A stretch of DNA of 64,000 nucleotides from an uncultured virus (IMG/VR IMGVR_UViG_3300010391_000110) (Duplodnaviria; Heunggongvirae; Uroviricota; Caudoviricetes), in IMG/VR virus record IMGVR_UViG_3300010391_000110. The stretch is one strand, 5' to 3'. Positions 17,722 through 27,740 of this stretch are shown here, in pieces (position 1 is the first letter of the stretch; every line of letters starts with the position of its first letter). The notes beneath the pieces were generated by a model. The model did no database searches. It worked only from the letters and a program-made list of their open reading frames with translations, and was not told where the DNA came from. The translations under genes and the position numbers were made by a program.

Positions 17722-20196
17722 CTAGAACTCCGCTTCCGGCCCGTCGTTATGGGTTCTTGCGCGCCCGTCTGGGGTTTCTTCGCCCCTGCTGCCGACGCGG
17801 AAATCGCGCACCTCGTTGGCTGGAGGGCTCCCGTCGAGCCAGTCGAGTCCGTCCCAGATTCGGGTGCCGCCGATCTTGTGGTCGATCGCTCCGAAGCCCC
17901 TAGCGGCCTTGGCGAAGTTCCTCGACGAGAGCGACTTCATGCCCTGCTCGTCGCACCAGCCGGCGTAGCGGGCGTAGAGATCCTTGCGCGTGATGCAGCC
18001 GACGCCGGGGACGGTCTTCTTGCAGTACTCAGCCATGAAGTCGAGGGCCGTCGAGCACTCGCGCTTGTAGTCCTCGATGGCCTTGAAGCTCGAGGCCGGG
18101 ATCGTGAAGCGCTTGTGATGCATGAGCCGCCGGAGCCCGGCCAGGGCGCGGTTCAGCAGCGCCGACATGAACTTCGGTTTCTGAATCAGCACCTGGTCGT
18201 AGTCGAGCACCTGGGCCTCGGTGTTCCTGAACCTGTTGGGGAACTCGACGAAGATGAGCCGGTCGAAGTAGGCGTCGGTCTTGTCGGTCGATCGAGGGAA
18301 CTCGTTGGCCGAAAAGACGAGCCGCGTGAATGGCGAGAAGGAGTAATGGTCCTTGTACTTCCGCTCCGCGCTGATGGGATCGCCCGAGACGATCGACTTG
18401 AACTTTCCGGTCGACTGGAGCACCCGGGGATCCAGGTCGTGGTAGACGTTGGCCAGCTTTCCGAGCAGCCCCGCCGCGGCGAACTTGTCCTCCTGGATCT
18501 GGTGGAGCGACATCGAGCAGACGTTGTCCTCTCCGATCAGGTGCGTGAGGATCTTGAGGAACGTGCCCTTGCCGTTTCCGCCCGAGCCGATCGCCACGAA
18601 GGCCTTCTGGAGCGAGGTCGAGGGGAGCATGAGGTAGCCCAGCATTTCCTCGATCAAGGGGATGCAGTCGGGCAGGAAGACCTCCGCGAGGAAGCGGTCG
18701 AGGTCCTCGCTCTTGGCCTCCGGGTCGTACTCGGCGCCCATCTGGACCAGGCCGTGGTAGGCCGGGTCGTGCGGGAGCAGCTTTCCGGTCCTCCACTCGA
18801 TCATCCCGTTCTTGACGTTGACCAGGTCGAGGGCCTTCTTGTTGATCTCAGCATACTCGATCTTGACGTACTCGGTCAGCATGTGGATCACCTCCCCGAG
18901 GCGTTCCTTGCTCGAGAGCGCGCCCAGGTGCCGCTGGGTCTCGGTGCGGACGAAGCTCGCACCCTTCGGGATGTAGACGCCGCCTTCGTACTTGTAGAGC
19001 GTGACGCCCTCCCCGTTCTCGGCGACCGGCGTGGCGAGGAAGTGGTACTCGCGGCGGAACCACTGGGCCATGATCGGGGCGTTGAAGTCCCCTTCCTCGT
19101 TGAACCAGGGTTGCCCAAGCCGCTTCTCCTTGGACTTCTCCTTGAGGCTTTTTTCCTTCTCAGGCTTGCCCTGCTCGGCGCGCTTGATCTGCTCCTTGGC
19201 CCAGATGTCGTCCACGATCTGGGTGAGGGTCTCCTCCGGGAGCGGGGGGGAGTTCCGTTCGTTCCATTCCTTGAGGGCGTAGAGGACGAATTTCTTGGCG
19301 TTGAGTTTGGAGGCATAGTGGCCGGCGAGGGCGACTGCGGCGTTGCTCCGCCCCCCGTAGGGGCCGCCGCTCTCGGAGACGCCTTTCTTGGCCTCCTCGA
19401 TCTTGGGATCGCGCGAGACGGTGCGCGGCGTCTGCTGCTTGAGGTCGGCCTCCTCGCGCTCCTCCTCGCCGGGGCTCGGGATGATCGCGAACTCCGCGAA
19501 GTCGAGGACCGAGTAGCGCTTCTCCGTCCGCGTGGACACGCGGCACCAGGCCGGGTTCTTCGGGTCCTTGAGGTTCAGGAAGCCCGGGAACCGGAGGACC
19601 CGGTGGGCGTCATGGACGGCGTCGGCGATCTTGAAGTAGTCCTGGAGGCCGCAGACGATGGGCCGCGCGTCGGCTACGGGGTAGGGGATGTCGAAGAGCC
19701 AGTAGGCGTGCAGTCCGTGCCCCGATTCGATGATGTAGCTCGGCTCCAGGCCCAGTTTTGTCAGGTCCTCGATGCACATGTCGAACTGCTTCCGGATGCC
19801 GGCCTCGACGTTGCCGAAGTCGACGTCCACCCACGCGGCGACGTAGTGGCTGACGTCGGAGTTCTTGCCGTGTTTCTTGGGTTTCTGGAAGCGCGGGTTC
19901 ACGGCGTGGTGGATGTTGGCTACCTGGGTGCGGTTCTGCCTCTCGAGGTCGACGTGGATCAGCTCCCAGTTCTCGAGCGCCTGCTGGACGGTGTAGAACA
20001 TGGCCGACATGCGCTTGTCGTCCGGGTTCTCCTGCGTGGGACGGTACTGGAGGAAGTCGATCTCGACCAGCCAGGTCGGATCGGCGATCTTCCAGAGGTC
20101 CTGGACGAACTTACGGGTCTCCTGGATCCGAACTTCAATTGGGTAGTCCGAGCTACGCGGCAACGGGGGCGGACCCGCCCCGGAACTGGTTTCCAC
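17722..20196 (-). CDS. Primase-helicase (RepB-type AEP + PriCT-1 + D5_N + P4/D5-family SF3 helicase)
   Basis: WVDVD, ESGHGLHAYW, RVLRFPG; GRSNAA...WNERNSPPL; NVKNGM; GSGGNGKGT; FSANEFP. Start placed at GTG 20196 after AGGAGG. Confidence 0.92.
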   Translation of the reverse strand: METSSGAGPPPLPRSSDYPIEVRIQETRKFVQDLWKIADPTWLVEIDFLQYRPTQENPDDKRMSAMFYTVQQALENWELIHVDLERQNRTQVANIHHAVNPRFQKPKKHGKNSDVSHYVAAWVDVDFGNVEAGIRKQFDMCIEDLTKLGLEPSYIIESGHGLHAYWLFDIPYPVADARPIVCGLQDYFKIADAVHDAHRVLRFPGFLNLKDPKNPAWCRVSTRTEKRYSVLDFAEFAIIPSPGEEEREEADLKQQTPRTVSRDPKIEEAKKGVSESGGPYGGRSNAAVALAGHYASKLNAKKFVLYALKEWNERNSPPLPEETLTQIVDDIWAKEQIKRAEQGKPEKEKSLKEKSKEKRLGQPWFNEEGDFNAPIMAQWFRREYHFLATPVAENGEGVTLYKYEGGVYIPKGASFVRTETQRHLGALSSKERLGEVIHMLTEYVKIEYAEINKKALDLVNVKNGMIEWRTGKLLPHDPAYHGLVQMGAEYDPEAKSEDLDRFLAEVFLPDCIPLIEEMLGYLMLPSTSLQKAFVAIGSGGNGKGTFLKILTHLIGEDNVCSMSLHQIQEDKFAAAGLLGKLANVYHDLDPRVLQSTGKFKSIVSGDPISAERKYKDHYSFSPFTRLVFSANEFPRSTDKTDAYFDRLIFVEFPNRFRNTEAQVLDYDQVLIQKPKFMSALLNRALAGLRRLMHHKRFTIPASSFKAIEDYKRECSTALDFMAEYCKKTVPGVGCITRKDLYARYAGWCDEQGMKSLSSRNFAKAARGFGAIDHKIGGTRIWDGLDWLDGSPPANEVRDFRVGSRGEETPDGRARTHNDGPEAEF

Positions 20197-20340
20197 CGAA
20201 CCCTCCTGTTTCCCCAATCGGCCTGCAAAATCTGCTTCTCGCCTATGCTGCGCTCCGCACTGGGGAGTCCGGAGCGCAGGAAGGAGAGAAGGCGACGCCC
20301 GGCACGGTGCATGCCGGGCGCGCCTGTCCGATGGGTAGAC

Positions 20341-20919
20341 CTAGAAGGCCGGTTCCTCCTCCTGGCCCGTGGGCGCGCCGCCCGCCGGGGCCCCTGCCGC
20401 CTGCTTCCCGTCGCCCGCGCCCGCGGCCTTCGGGGACCACGCGTTGATGAAGCTGACCTCGCTCTGCTTGAAGCCGCGCTTGTTGAGCTTGTTCACGATG
20501 CCCACCTCGCAGGTCCGCCCGACCCAGACGATCGTCTTGAGTTCGGACAGGCTCGTGAGTTCGCGCCCGAGGATCGTCTTGACGTCGCGCTTCAGGAAGC
20601 TGAGGTTCTTCTGCGTGATCCAGAAGACGTACTCGACCACCTCGCCCTTGGTCTTGACCTTCTCGCCGGTGGTCTTGTTGACCATGATCTCGGGGGTGAG
20701 GATCTCGAGGAAGATCTTGAAGCCCTTCGTGCCCGTGTTGGCCTCGAAGGTCTCGTGGTCGACCTGCGTGCCGTCGCCCTTCAGGTCCTGCTTGGAGCAG
20801 ACGACCTGGTAGGTGCCGTCCGGGACGGCGCCCACGCCCATGCCGGCCTCCGCCTCCTTGCTCTGCTTGAAGTCGTTCTCGAAGTTCTCGTACTCGTTGT
20901 TCTCGGGATGAGTCGCCAT
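20341..20919 (-). CDS. DUF669-like ssDNA-binding protein
   Basis: AVPDGTYQVV N-terminus, Gly/Ala linker, acidic tail EEEPAF; adjacent to a Sak4-like ATPase. Confidence 0.7.
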   Translation of the reverse strand: MATHPENNEYENFENDFKQSKEAEAGMGVGAVPDGTYQVVCSKQDLKGDGTQVDHETFEANTGTKGFKIFLEILTPEIMVNKTTGEKVKTKGEVVEYVFWITQKNLSFLKRDVKTILGRELTSLSELKTIVWVGRTCEVGIVNKLNKRGFKQSEVSFINAWSPKAAGAGDGKQAAGAPAGGAPTGQEEEPAF

Positions 20920-21001
20920 GGTCCTGTTCTCCTACCTACATGAAAACCACGCCACACACAACACCGCACCGGCACCATGCCGATGCGGGAACACGCTGCC
21001 G

Positions 21002-22159
21002 CTAGGAAGCTATCTCGGCCCGTGCGGCCGGGCAGATGATCGGAATCCCCTTCTCGTCCCGGGCCAGGCGCGCGCGACCGGCGAGGACCTCGCCGAGCTT
21101 GACGTAGAGGGCGTCCACCTGGGACGCCTTGAGGTCCTTGGTCGAATCCACGCGGAAGAACGCCTTGAGCATCGCCTTGCCGTCCTTGCTCGAGAACTTG
21201 GTGTCGTCCTCCCAGCGGAGTTGGCCCGCCCGGGTCATGAGCACCTTGATGCTCTCGCCGGAAGCGACGGGCTCGTCGGGAGACGGCGGGGCGAACGTCG
21301 CCAGGATCTGGCCGACGGACTCGGCCATGGACGACGCCGGCGGAAGGCCACCACCCTCCTGGGCGGGCTTCTCGGCCGCGGGATCCACGGGATCCCCGAG
21401 CGGAGCAGCCGGGGGCGTGCCGCCCCGGACCTTCTCCCCCTTGCCACCGGACAGCACCGCCTCCATGGGCGCGAAGAGGGTGTCGTAGAGCTTCTTCTTG
21501 GTGATGTCGTAGACGGCGTACTTCGGGAGCTCGTCCCGGCGGGAGCCGTCCACCTGGACCATGTGCTTGGACTCCTTCGCCTTCTTCGCCTCCTCCGTGT
21601 ACGTGTGGAGGATGAAGTCGAAGACGTAGCCGGTCGACTTCTCGGCGTCCATCAGGTGCTCCCCGGTCCTCCGGGACTTCTCCTCGCCGGTCTTCGGGTC
21701 GATGTAGGAGTCGTACTGGTCCTTTTCCCGCATGACGAGCACGACATGCATGTCGAGGTCGATCAGGCGGTTGAGCATCGCCTTCCAGCGGCGCTTGATC
21801 ATCCCCCAGTCGCCGGTCGAAAGGATCTCGTTGCCGCGCCGGTTCCGGACGTACTCGACCTGGGCGTCGCAGAGGTCCTGCCAGAAGATGGTCAGCGGAT
21901 CGATCACGAGCGTCATGAACCCGTGCTCGTTCTTCTCGAGCCAGTCGAGGGTGTCCAGGAGCTCGGTCCAGTGGTTGGCGTCCCTGACATCGAAGTTGAA
22001 CTTGTCCGAGTACATGAGCGTGCCGCGCTCGCCGTCGATCACGCTGCACTTGGGGAACGACAGCGCCCCCAGGGTTTTGCCGCTCTTCTTGTCGCCCCAG
22101 AGGGCGACCTTGAAGAACCTCTTGGCCTTGGTCGCCTTGACGAACATCTGCTGGGTCAT
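21002..22159 (-). CDS. AAA_24 / Sak4-like ATPase (recombination)
   Basis: GDKKSGKT, IDGERG, TLVIDPLT and DWGMIK motifs. Confidence 0.85.
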   Translation of the reverse strand: MTQQMFVKATKAKRFFKVALWGDKKSGKTLGALSFPKCSVIDGERGTLMYSDKFNFDVRDANHWTELLDTLDWLEKNEHGFMTLVIDPLTIFWQDLCDAQVEYVRNRRGNEILSTGDWGMIKRRWKAMLNRLIDLDMHVVLVMREKDQYDSYIDPKTGEEKSRRTGEHLMDAEKSTGYVFDFILHTYTEEAKKAKESKHMVQVDGSRRDELPKYAVYDITKKKLYDTLFAPMEAVLSGGKGEKVRGGTPPAAPLGDPVDPAAEKPAQEGGGLPPASSMAESVGQILATFAPPSPDEPVASGESIKVLMTRAGQLRWEDDTKFSSKDGKAMLKAFFRVDSTKDLKASQVDALYVKLGEVLAGRARLARDEKGIPIICPAARAEIAS

Positions 22160-22210
22160 GGATCGCTCCTAACTTTCCCCCGACCTTGTAAAAAACCCTC
22201 TCTTCTCGAG

Positions 22211-22606
22211 TTACGGCTTGCGCTTCTTCCGGCCCTGCTCGGACGGCGGCGGCCACCTCCTTTCGTAGATGAACTTGGCGTTGTCCGGCAGGGCGTTCCG
22301 GTACTCCTCCGGGATGTCGCCCACGGACCACAGATTCTGGGTGACGACCGTACGACCGTCCTTGAACTTGATCTTGAACTCCGCGCCCCCGAAGCCGCGG
22401 CCACCGGTGGCCGAGAAGCCCTCGGACACCGGCGGGTGGATCTCGAAGAGGTGCCCGCGGACCCGCACCTGGTCGGACTCCCAGGCCTGCGTGATCGCCT
22501 GGAGCCAGCGCTGGTGGGGGAGGCACTTCCGGCACCAGTCGCCGTATTCCGGGTTGTACGTCTCGCAGCGGACGCACTTCGGGGGCATCTCGATCCGGCG
22601 ACCCAT
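22211..22606 (-). CDS. Zn-finger hypothetical protein
   Basis: CVRC..CRKC; GFGGAEF...TQNLWSVGDIP...LPDNAKF conserved phage-type motif. Confidence 0.65.
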   Translation of the reverse strand: MGRRIEMPPKCVRCETYNPEYGDWCRKCLPHQRWLQAITQAWESDQVRVRGHLFEIHPPVSEGFSATGGRGFGGAEFKIKFKDGRTVVTQNLWSVGDIPEEYRNALPDNAKFIYERRWPPPSEQGRKKRKP

Positions 22607-22607
22607 G

Positions 22608-24380
22608 CTACACCGCCACCTCGATGTCGTCCCGGCGGATCGCCTTCGGCGGGTAGCGGTTCAGGGCCTCCTTGAACCAGGGCGGCAGCATGTGCCCGTG
22701 CTTCCCGAAGAAGAACTGGAAGCCGCTGTCGACGATGTAGGTGTACCCCCAGTCGCCCTTGAAGCGGCAGATGCGCCCGTAGGACTGGACGAGCTTGAGC
22801 GCCGTCAGCCAGCCGTAGTAGGAATCGTCCCGGTCGGCCCGCTCCTTGATGAGCTTGTCCCCGAGCGAGGGCCACGGGATCTTCGCGATGATCTGGAAGC
22901 GCGCGAGGTCACCCTTGAAGTCGAAGCCCTCGGCCATGCTCGGGGCCACGATCACGCTGTCGGGACGCGTCGCGTGCTCGGCCATCATGGCCTTCTTGTC
23001 GCCCTTGAAGTTGTCCTGGAAGAGGAAGCGCGTGGACCCCACCTCGTCCCGGAGGAGGTTGGAGATGTCGAACGAGTGGCTGTGGATGATCCCGCGCTGG
23101 CCCTTGTGGCGCTCGAGGATCTGCTTGACCTTCCGGACGAACTTCGGGGCCGTGGGGTCCTTGGGGTTCTCCTTGGCCGTGAGATACTTCTTCCCCATGT
23201 TGCCGCAGGTCTCCAGGTGGATCGGGCGGTCCTCGGAGGGGAACTCGAGCGGGGCCTCGATGTAGGCGAGTTCGGCGGGATTGATCCCTAGGTTCCGCGC
23301 CCAGAGTTCGACGTTCAGGATGGTGGCCGACATGACGATGACGCGCTCGGCGTGGGCGAAGAGGAGATCCTGGGCGAAGTTCTTGGCGTAGAGCGGGCGG
23401 CCGACGATCTTGACGCGCCGCTCTCCCCGGACGAAGTAGGGCACCGTCTCGACGATCCACTCCTCCCTCTCCAGGTACTGCAGGAAGAGCGTGAGCTTGT
23501 CCTTCAGTTCGGTGAGGGCATCCTTCTCGACCTCGCGAAGGTCCTTGTCGGTCGAGTTCCCCTCGTCGTCGAGTTGGCCCAGCTTCGTGGCGATCTTGGC
23601 TGAAACCTCCTTCTCGCGGAGCCAGTCCACCAGCTGCTGCTTGTCCGTGATCTGGCGGTCGATCTCGAGGTCGATGATGCCGAGCGCCCAGTCGGTGAGT
23701 TCGATGGTGACGTACTTCAGGACCTCCTCCTCGATCCGGTGCCCCTCGTCGATGATGAGGATGGAGCGCTTCTGGAAGCGGCCGATCCTGCGCTGAAAGA
23801 GGAAACTGGAAAAGTTAAAGAGCGTGAGCGACGAGTCGCTGCACTTTTGAAGTTGCTTCCAGTACGGGCAGAAGTGCATCGAGGGCGAAAGCTCTAGCCT
23901 GACCGCCGCCGAGAGGATGCCCTTGGGTTCGCCGTCATCGTCGACCGCCCCCGTCCAGCCTGAGCCATCCACGCAGTCCTTGAGAATGCCTTTCTTGAGC
24001 GCGTGGCAGACGGCGTGGCCGGCGTCCATCCCGGGCGTGGCCCGCGGGTGGGTGCAGGCGTAGTTGGATCGCCCCTTGAGGAGTTCCATCTGCGGGCTGG
24101 GAAAGTCGCGCTCGTACTGGTCCTGGAGCGCCTTCTGCGGGGTGATCATGTACGCGCCGAACTCTTCGGCGACGACGTCCCCGAAGGCCTTGGCCACGTC
24201 GCTCTTCCCGGCGCCCGTTGGGAGGGCGCCGATCAGGAAACGCTTGCCGTTCCTGAAGGCCTCGACGCCCTGGGCGATGAAATCCTTCTGGGCCTGCCTG
24301 GGGGTCTTCCTGGGGTCGAACTTGGCTGCGATCTCATCGTAGCCATGGGTCCACGGAGGCAACTTTACCGCATCAACCAC
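22608..24380 (-). CDS. DinG/XPD-family helicase
   Basis: PTGAGKS, LKGRSNYAC, Fe-S Cys, DEGH, MSAT, EGFDF and QSYGRICR motifs. Confidence 0.9.
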   Translation of the reverse strand: MVDAVKLPPWTHGYDEIAAKFDPRKTPRQAQKDFIAQGVEAFRNGKRFLIGALPTGAGKSDVAKAFGDVVAEEFGAYMITPQKALQDQYERDFPSPQMELLKGRSNYACTHPRATPGMDAGHAVCHALKKGILKDCVDGSGWTGAVDDDGEPKGILSAAVRLELSPSMHFCPYWKQLQKCSDSSLTLFNFSSFLFQRRIGRFQKRSILIIDEGHRIEEEVLKYVTIELTDWALGIIDLEIDRQITDKQQLVDWLREKEVSAKIATKLGQLDDEGNSTDKDLREVEKDALTELKDKLTLFLQYLEREEWIVETVPYFVRGERRVKIVGRPLYAKNFAQDLLFAHAERVIVMSATILNVELWARNLGINPAELAYIEAPLEFPSEDRPIHLETCGNMGKKYLTAKENPKDPTAPKFVRKVKQILERHKGQRGIIHSHSFDISNLLRDEVGSTRFLFQDNFKGDKKAMMAEHATRPDSVIVAPSMAEGFDFKGDLARFQIIAKIPWPSLGDKLIKERADRDDSYYGWLTALKLVQSYGRICRFKGDWGYTYIVDSGFQFFFGKHGHMLPPWFKEALNRYPPKAIRRDDIEVAV

Positions 24381-24444
24381 ACCGCACCTCGCCTTCTCTC
24401 CGGTCGAACCGGGCCGCGCGCACTCCCCTACGTGCGTCCCGGGA

Positions 24445-24569
24445 GAACCCCCCAGACTGCGCCGCGCCGCCCCTCGTCCGATGGGGGCGAAGTGTGAGCA
24501 TCGACCCCACGAGGCAAACGGGCGGCGCAGACGGGGAGGTTCGAAGAAGTCTCCGGGTCGATGCTCACA
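24445..24569 (-). ncRNA. Structured 5' leader with two interleaved helices
   Basis: Perfect 15-bp inverted repeat 24555-24569/24493-24507; loop segment 24522-24542 pairs with 24445-24465. Confidence 0.6.
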
Positions 24570-24573
24570 AGGC

Positions 24574-24603
24574 TGAGTATACTGAGTAAACGCATAGGGT
24601 CAA
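24574..24603 (-). promoter_or_regulatory. sigma70 promoter TTGACC-N16-TATACT with GAGTATACTGAGTAAAC operator variant
   Basis: Read directly; heads the replication operon. Confidence 0.7.
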
Positions 24604-24673
24604 GCGAAATCGCCTCCATCCGTCGAAATATTTGTACGCGACGGGCGTGTCAGGATGCGTCATACTCTGGGGC

Positions 24674-25105
24674 ATGGCGAAGGACGTCTGCTCGGGCTGC
24701 GCGGCGGCCCTTGAGGGTCCGAACGCGGGTATCGAGCTCTGGGGAAGCCGGTTCTGCACGGGCTGCTTCATCACCCAGTCGTCGGAACTCCACCGGGAAA
24801 TGAAACCCGAGGACATGGCGGTTCTCCGGCGCATGGGGCGCGACCTGGCCGGGCTCCTCCCGCCGCACCTGATCGGGATGGTCTTCGCCGGATTCCACAA
24901 GCGCGCGACCGGATCCACGGCTCCGCCGCCCGCGGAGGAGCTCGAGCGGGCGATCGGAGAGATCCAGCGGCTGACCGCCTTCGCGGTGGCCCGACGGATC
25001 CTGAACCTGCTGTCCACCTGGCAGTCGATGTTCAACGAGTTTGCCGAGACCCAGCAGCGCGAGATCCAGGAGAAGCTGAAAAAGCTCGCGGACCTTGACC
25101 CGTAG
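24674..25105 (+). CDS. Zn-finger hypothetical protein (possibly leaderless)
   Basis: CSGC...CTGC; CATACT box ends 7 nt before ATG 24674; no SD. Confidence 0.6.
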   Translation: MAKDVCSGCAAALEGPNAGIELWGSRFCTGCFITQSSELHREMKPEDMAVLRRMGRDLAGLLPPHLIGMVFAGFHKRATGSTAPPPAEELERAIGEIQRLTAFAVARRILNLLSTWQSMFNEFAETQQREIQEKLKKLADLDP

Positions 25106-25170
25106 GCCTCCATGGGAGACAATGCCCGGCGTAGCTGTTGTGCGGTGAGGTGAGGTCTGGAGGTGAGGTC

Positions 25171-25425
25171 ATGCCGGACGCCGAGATCAAGCTCGCACCC
25201 CCCTACCAGTTCGACGTATCGGAGGATGTCCGCGGGTACTACGGGTACAAGGACGGGCACGTCGAACTCGAGGTGAAGCTCCCGTTCCCGCTCTCGACGG
25301 TGAAGAAAGTCTACCGCGAGGTCTTCACGCTCACCGACTTCCTGAAGTTCATGGAGGGGGCCGAAAAAGCCGTCATGTGGGGAAAACTGCCCGACTACCA
25401 GAGGGAACGTGACGGCGCCAAGTGA
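25171..25425 (+). CDS. Hypothetical protein
   Basis: SD GGAGGT, ATG 25171. Confidence 0.6.
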   Translation: MPDAEIKLAPPYQFDVSEDVRGYYGYKDGHVELEVKLPFPLSTVKKVYREVFTLTDFLKFMEGAEKAVMWGKLPDYQRERDGAK

Positions 25426-25547
25426 CTGGTCTTGAGAGTGTCTCGAGGGAGTCTTGAGAGGTATGTCACTTGACATAGGGGTGGCAGGCTGGTACAGGAG
25501 TCTGCGTGCTTGCAGGTAGAGGTGCGGTGGTGAAAGGAGAGTGAGTG

Positions 25548-27731
25548 ATGGCAGAAGACACCCCCCCAGTCCAGGTCCACGTGAACAGCAGAAAAGCCAG
25601 CGGCAAGAAGCTCACAAAGGAGCAGAAGGCGCAGGTGGGTGAGCGCAACATGCGGGGGCAGTCGCCAGGTGACATCGCCAGGGAGATGGGCCTGGATCCG
25701 ATGCGCGTGAGCGGCACGGTGCGCGCCCTCATCAACGCCGGACATCTGCCTCCGAACAGCGGAGGCGGCTCTTCTTCTAATATCGGGAGCCCTGCCATGA
25801 ACACACCCTTCGGCACGCCGGTGCCCGTCCCCCCGCAGATCCAGTCCGACGGCTACGCCTGGTCTCAGATGCCGACCGGGCAGGGCGGGTTCGCCCACCC
25901 CTCGCAGGTCGTCAAGTACGTGGTGGAGCGTTACGCTCCGCAGAACGAAGGCATGGTGGGCTGGTCGGCCACGCCGCCGTCGGACGACGAGGTCGCCCAG
26001 AAGTACGGGCAGGGCAGCTACCGCATCAGCAAGCAGGTCCCGGGAAAACTTCCGGAGTCCCGGGAACTGACCGTCAGCGCCGCCTTCGGCCGGCCGCGCT
26101 ACCCCAACCAGCAGCAGCAGTTCGACGCGCCGGTTGCCGGCCGGCCGCCCGTTCCTGGACCCCGCCCGTGGGCGGCTCAGGCGCCGGGGTTCCGCGACGA
26201 GGGCAGCGAGGATCCGGGACAGCAGCGTCCGCCGTTCTCGCGCCAATTCCGCTACCCGGGCTACGGATTCGAGGACCGCGACCGCGACCGCGACCGGGCG
26301 CTCTCCGATTTTGCCCGCCAGGCAAGCGGCACCGAGTCGTCGATCGCGGTGGCCGTCGTCGACAAGCTGTCGAACCTGCAAGAGAAGACCCTCCAGCGGA
26401 TGGAAGCTCAGTCCGCGCGCGGCCCGGACACCTTCGTCCGCGACTTCTACAAGGAGCAGACGGAGTACCAGCACCGGATCTCCGAGGAGGAGCGTCGCAA
26501 GACGGAAGCCAAGCAGGAGGAGGAGCGCAAGCGCGAGGAGCAGCGCCGGCGGGATGACGAGGAGCGCTGGCGCCGCTGGCAGTCCGAAGCCGACGAGCGG
26601 CACCGCCGGGACATGGAACGGATCAAGGAGGAGCGCCAGACGCTGCTCGACCTCGAGGCCAAGAAGCTCGACCTCATCCGCGAGGAGTCCAAGGCCCGGG
26701 AGGGGACCCTGCGGAAGGAGATCGAGTCCTACAGCAAGCGCGTCGAGGAGGTCCAGGCCCAGTCCGAGGCCCGCATCGAAGAGATGCAGGAGTCGCTCAA
26801 GGAGGATCTCGGACGCGGCCGTTCGACGTTGGAGCGTGAGTTTGAGATTCGCGAGAAGGCGCTCGACAACGAGCACGGGCTCCGGCAGGAGATGATCAAG
26901 CTCCGGGAGGAGATGATCAAGACCCAGGGCCAGGACGACATGACCCGGATGCTCGGGCAGCTGGTCGACGGCGTCAAGGAGACGGTGGGCAAGGTCGTCG
27001 AGCTGAAGAAATTCGAGATGGCCTCCCCAGAGGACCGCGCGGCGGCGATCGCCCACGGCGGCGGGAACATCCACGAGGTCCCGGCCGCCGCCCAGGCGTC
27101 GCTTCCGGCGACCCCGGTGGGATCCCGTTCGGCGCCGGCGGCTCCCAAACCCCAGGCCGCGCGCGCCGCAGCCGGAGCCGCCCCGGGCGGGAACGGAGCC
27201 ACTCCAGGCGGAGGCGCCGAGCAGGCGATCCAGGAAGGACTCAAGAGTCCCATCGCGCAGCACATCCTCAGTGAATGGGGACTTGCCCTCCAGAACGGAA
27301 AGGATCCCGCGCTCTTCGTCAACTCCTTCATGGAGTGGATGAAGGACGAGACGCCGGCCGGCGCGGAGGGGCGGAAGGCCTGCGCCGCCTTCGCCCAACT
27401 CATGGACAACCGGGACTGGCTGGCCATGAAGCGCCTCATCGCCCCGTCCATTCCGGCCGACGCCAAGAAATCCTTCGACGGCGATGGCGCCGACCGCTTC
27501 TACAACGCGTTCCGCGTCATGGTCTGCGAAAGCGTCCGTGATTATTGGCAGATGTATTTGGCCGAGAAACAGCGTATGATGCAGGAGCGGAGCACGGCGC
27601 AGCACGCGGCGGCGGAGGCCGCCCAGGCGCCCGCGCCGGTTCTGCCAGCCGCCGAGGATGCGCCCGCGGCCGTGGTCGACGAAGAAGCGCCCGTCGAAGA
27701 CGTCGAAAAGGAAGTCCCGAAGGAGGCGTAA
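25548..27731 (+). CDS. Large coiled-coil protein with N-terminal HTH-like motif
   Basis: GQSPGDIAREMGLDPMRVSG; long E/R/K-rich heptads; SD AAAGGAG; TTGACA box at 25470. Confidence 0.75.
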   Translation: MAEDTPPVQVHVNSRKASGKKLTKEQKAQVGERNMRGQSPGDIAREMGLDPMRVSGTVRALINAGHLPPNSGGGSSSNIGSPAMNTPFGTPVPVPPQIQSDGYAWSQMPTGQGGFAHPSQVVKYVVERYAPQNEGMVGWSATPPSDDEVAQKYGQGSYRISKQVPGKLPESRELTVSAAFGRPRYPNQQQQFDAPVAGRPPVPGPRPWAAQAPGFRDEGSEDPGQQRPPFSRQFRYPGYGFEDRDRDRDRALSDFARQASGTESSIAVAVVDKLSNLQEKTLQRMEAQSARGPDTFVRDFYKEQTEYQHRISEEERRKTEAKQEEERKREEQRRRDDEERWRRWQSEADERHRRDMERIKEERQTLLDLEAKKLDLIREESKAREGTLRKEIESYSKRVEEVQAQSEARIEEMQESLKEDLGRGRSTLEREFEIREKALDNEHGLRQEMIKLREEMIKTQGQDDMTRMLGQLVDGVKETVGKVVELKKFEMASPEDRAAAIAHGGGNIHEVPAAAQASLPATPVGSRSAPAAPKPQAARAAAGAAPGGNGATPGGGAEQAIQEGLKSPIAQHILSEWGLALQNGKDPALFVNSFMEWMKDETPAGAEGRKACAAFAQLMDNRDWLAMKRLIAPSIPADAKKSFDGDGADRFYNAFRVMVCESVRDYWQMYLAEKQRMMQERSTAQHAAAEAAQAPAPVLPAAEDAPAAVVDEEAPVEDVEKEVPKEA

Positions 27732-27740
27732 AGGAAACGC

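Noticed and set aside
17749..20943. 1064-aa plus-strand ORF
   Set aside because: It is the antisense shadow of the primase and SSB genes, a typical high-GC artefact with no motifs.
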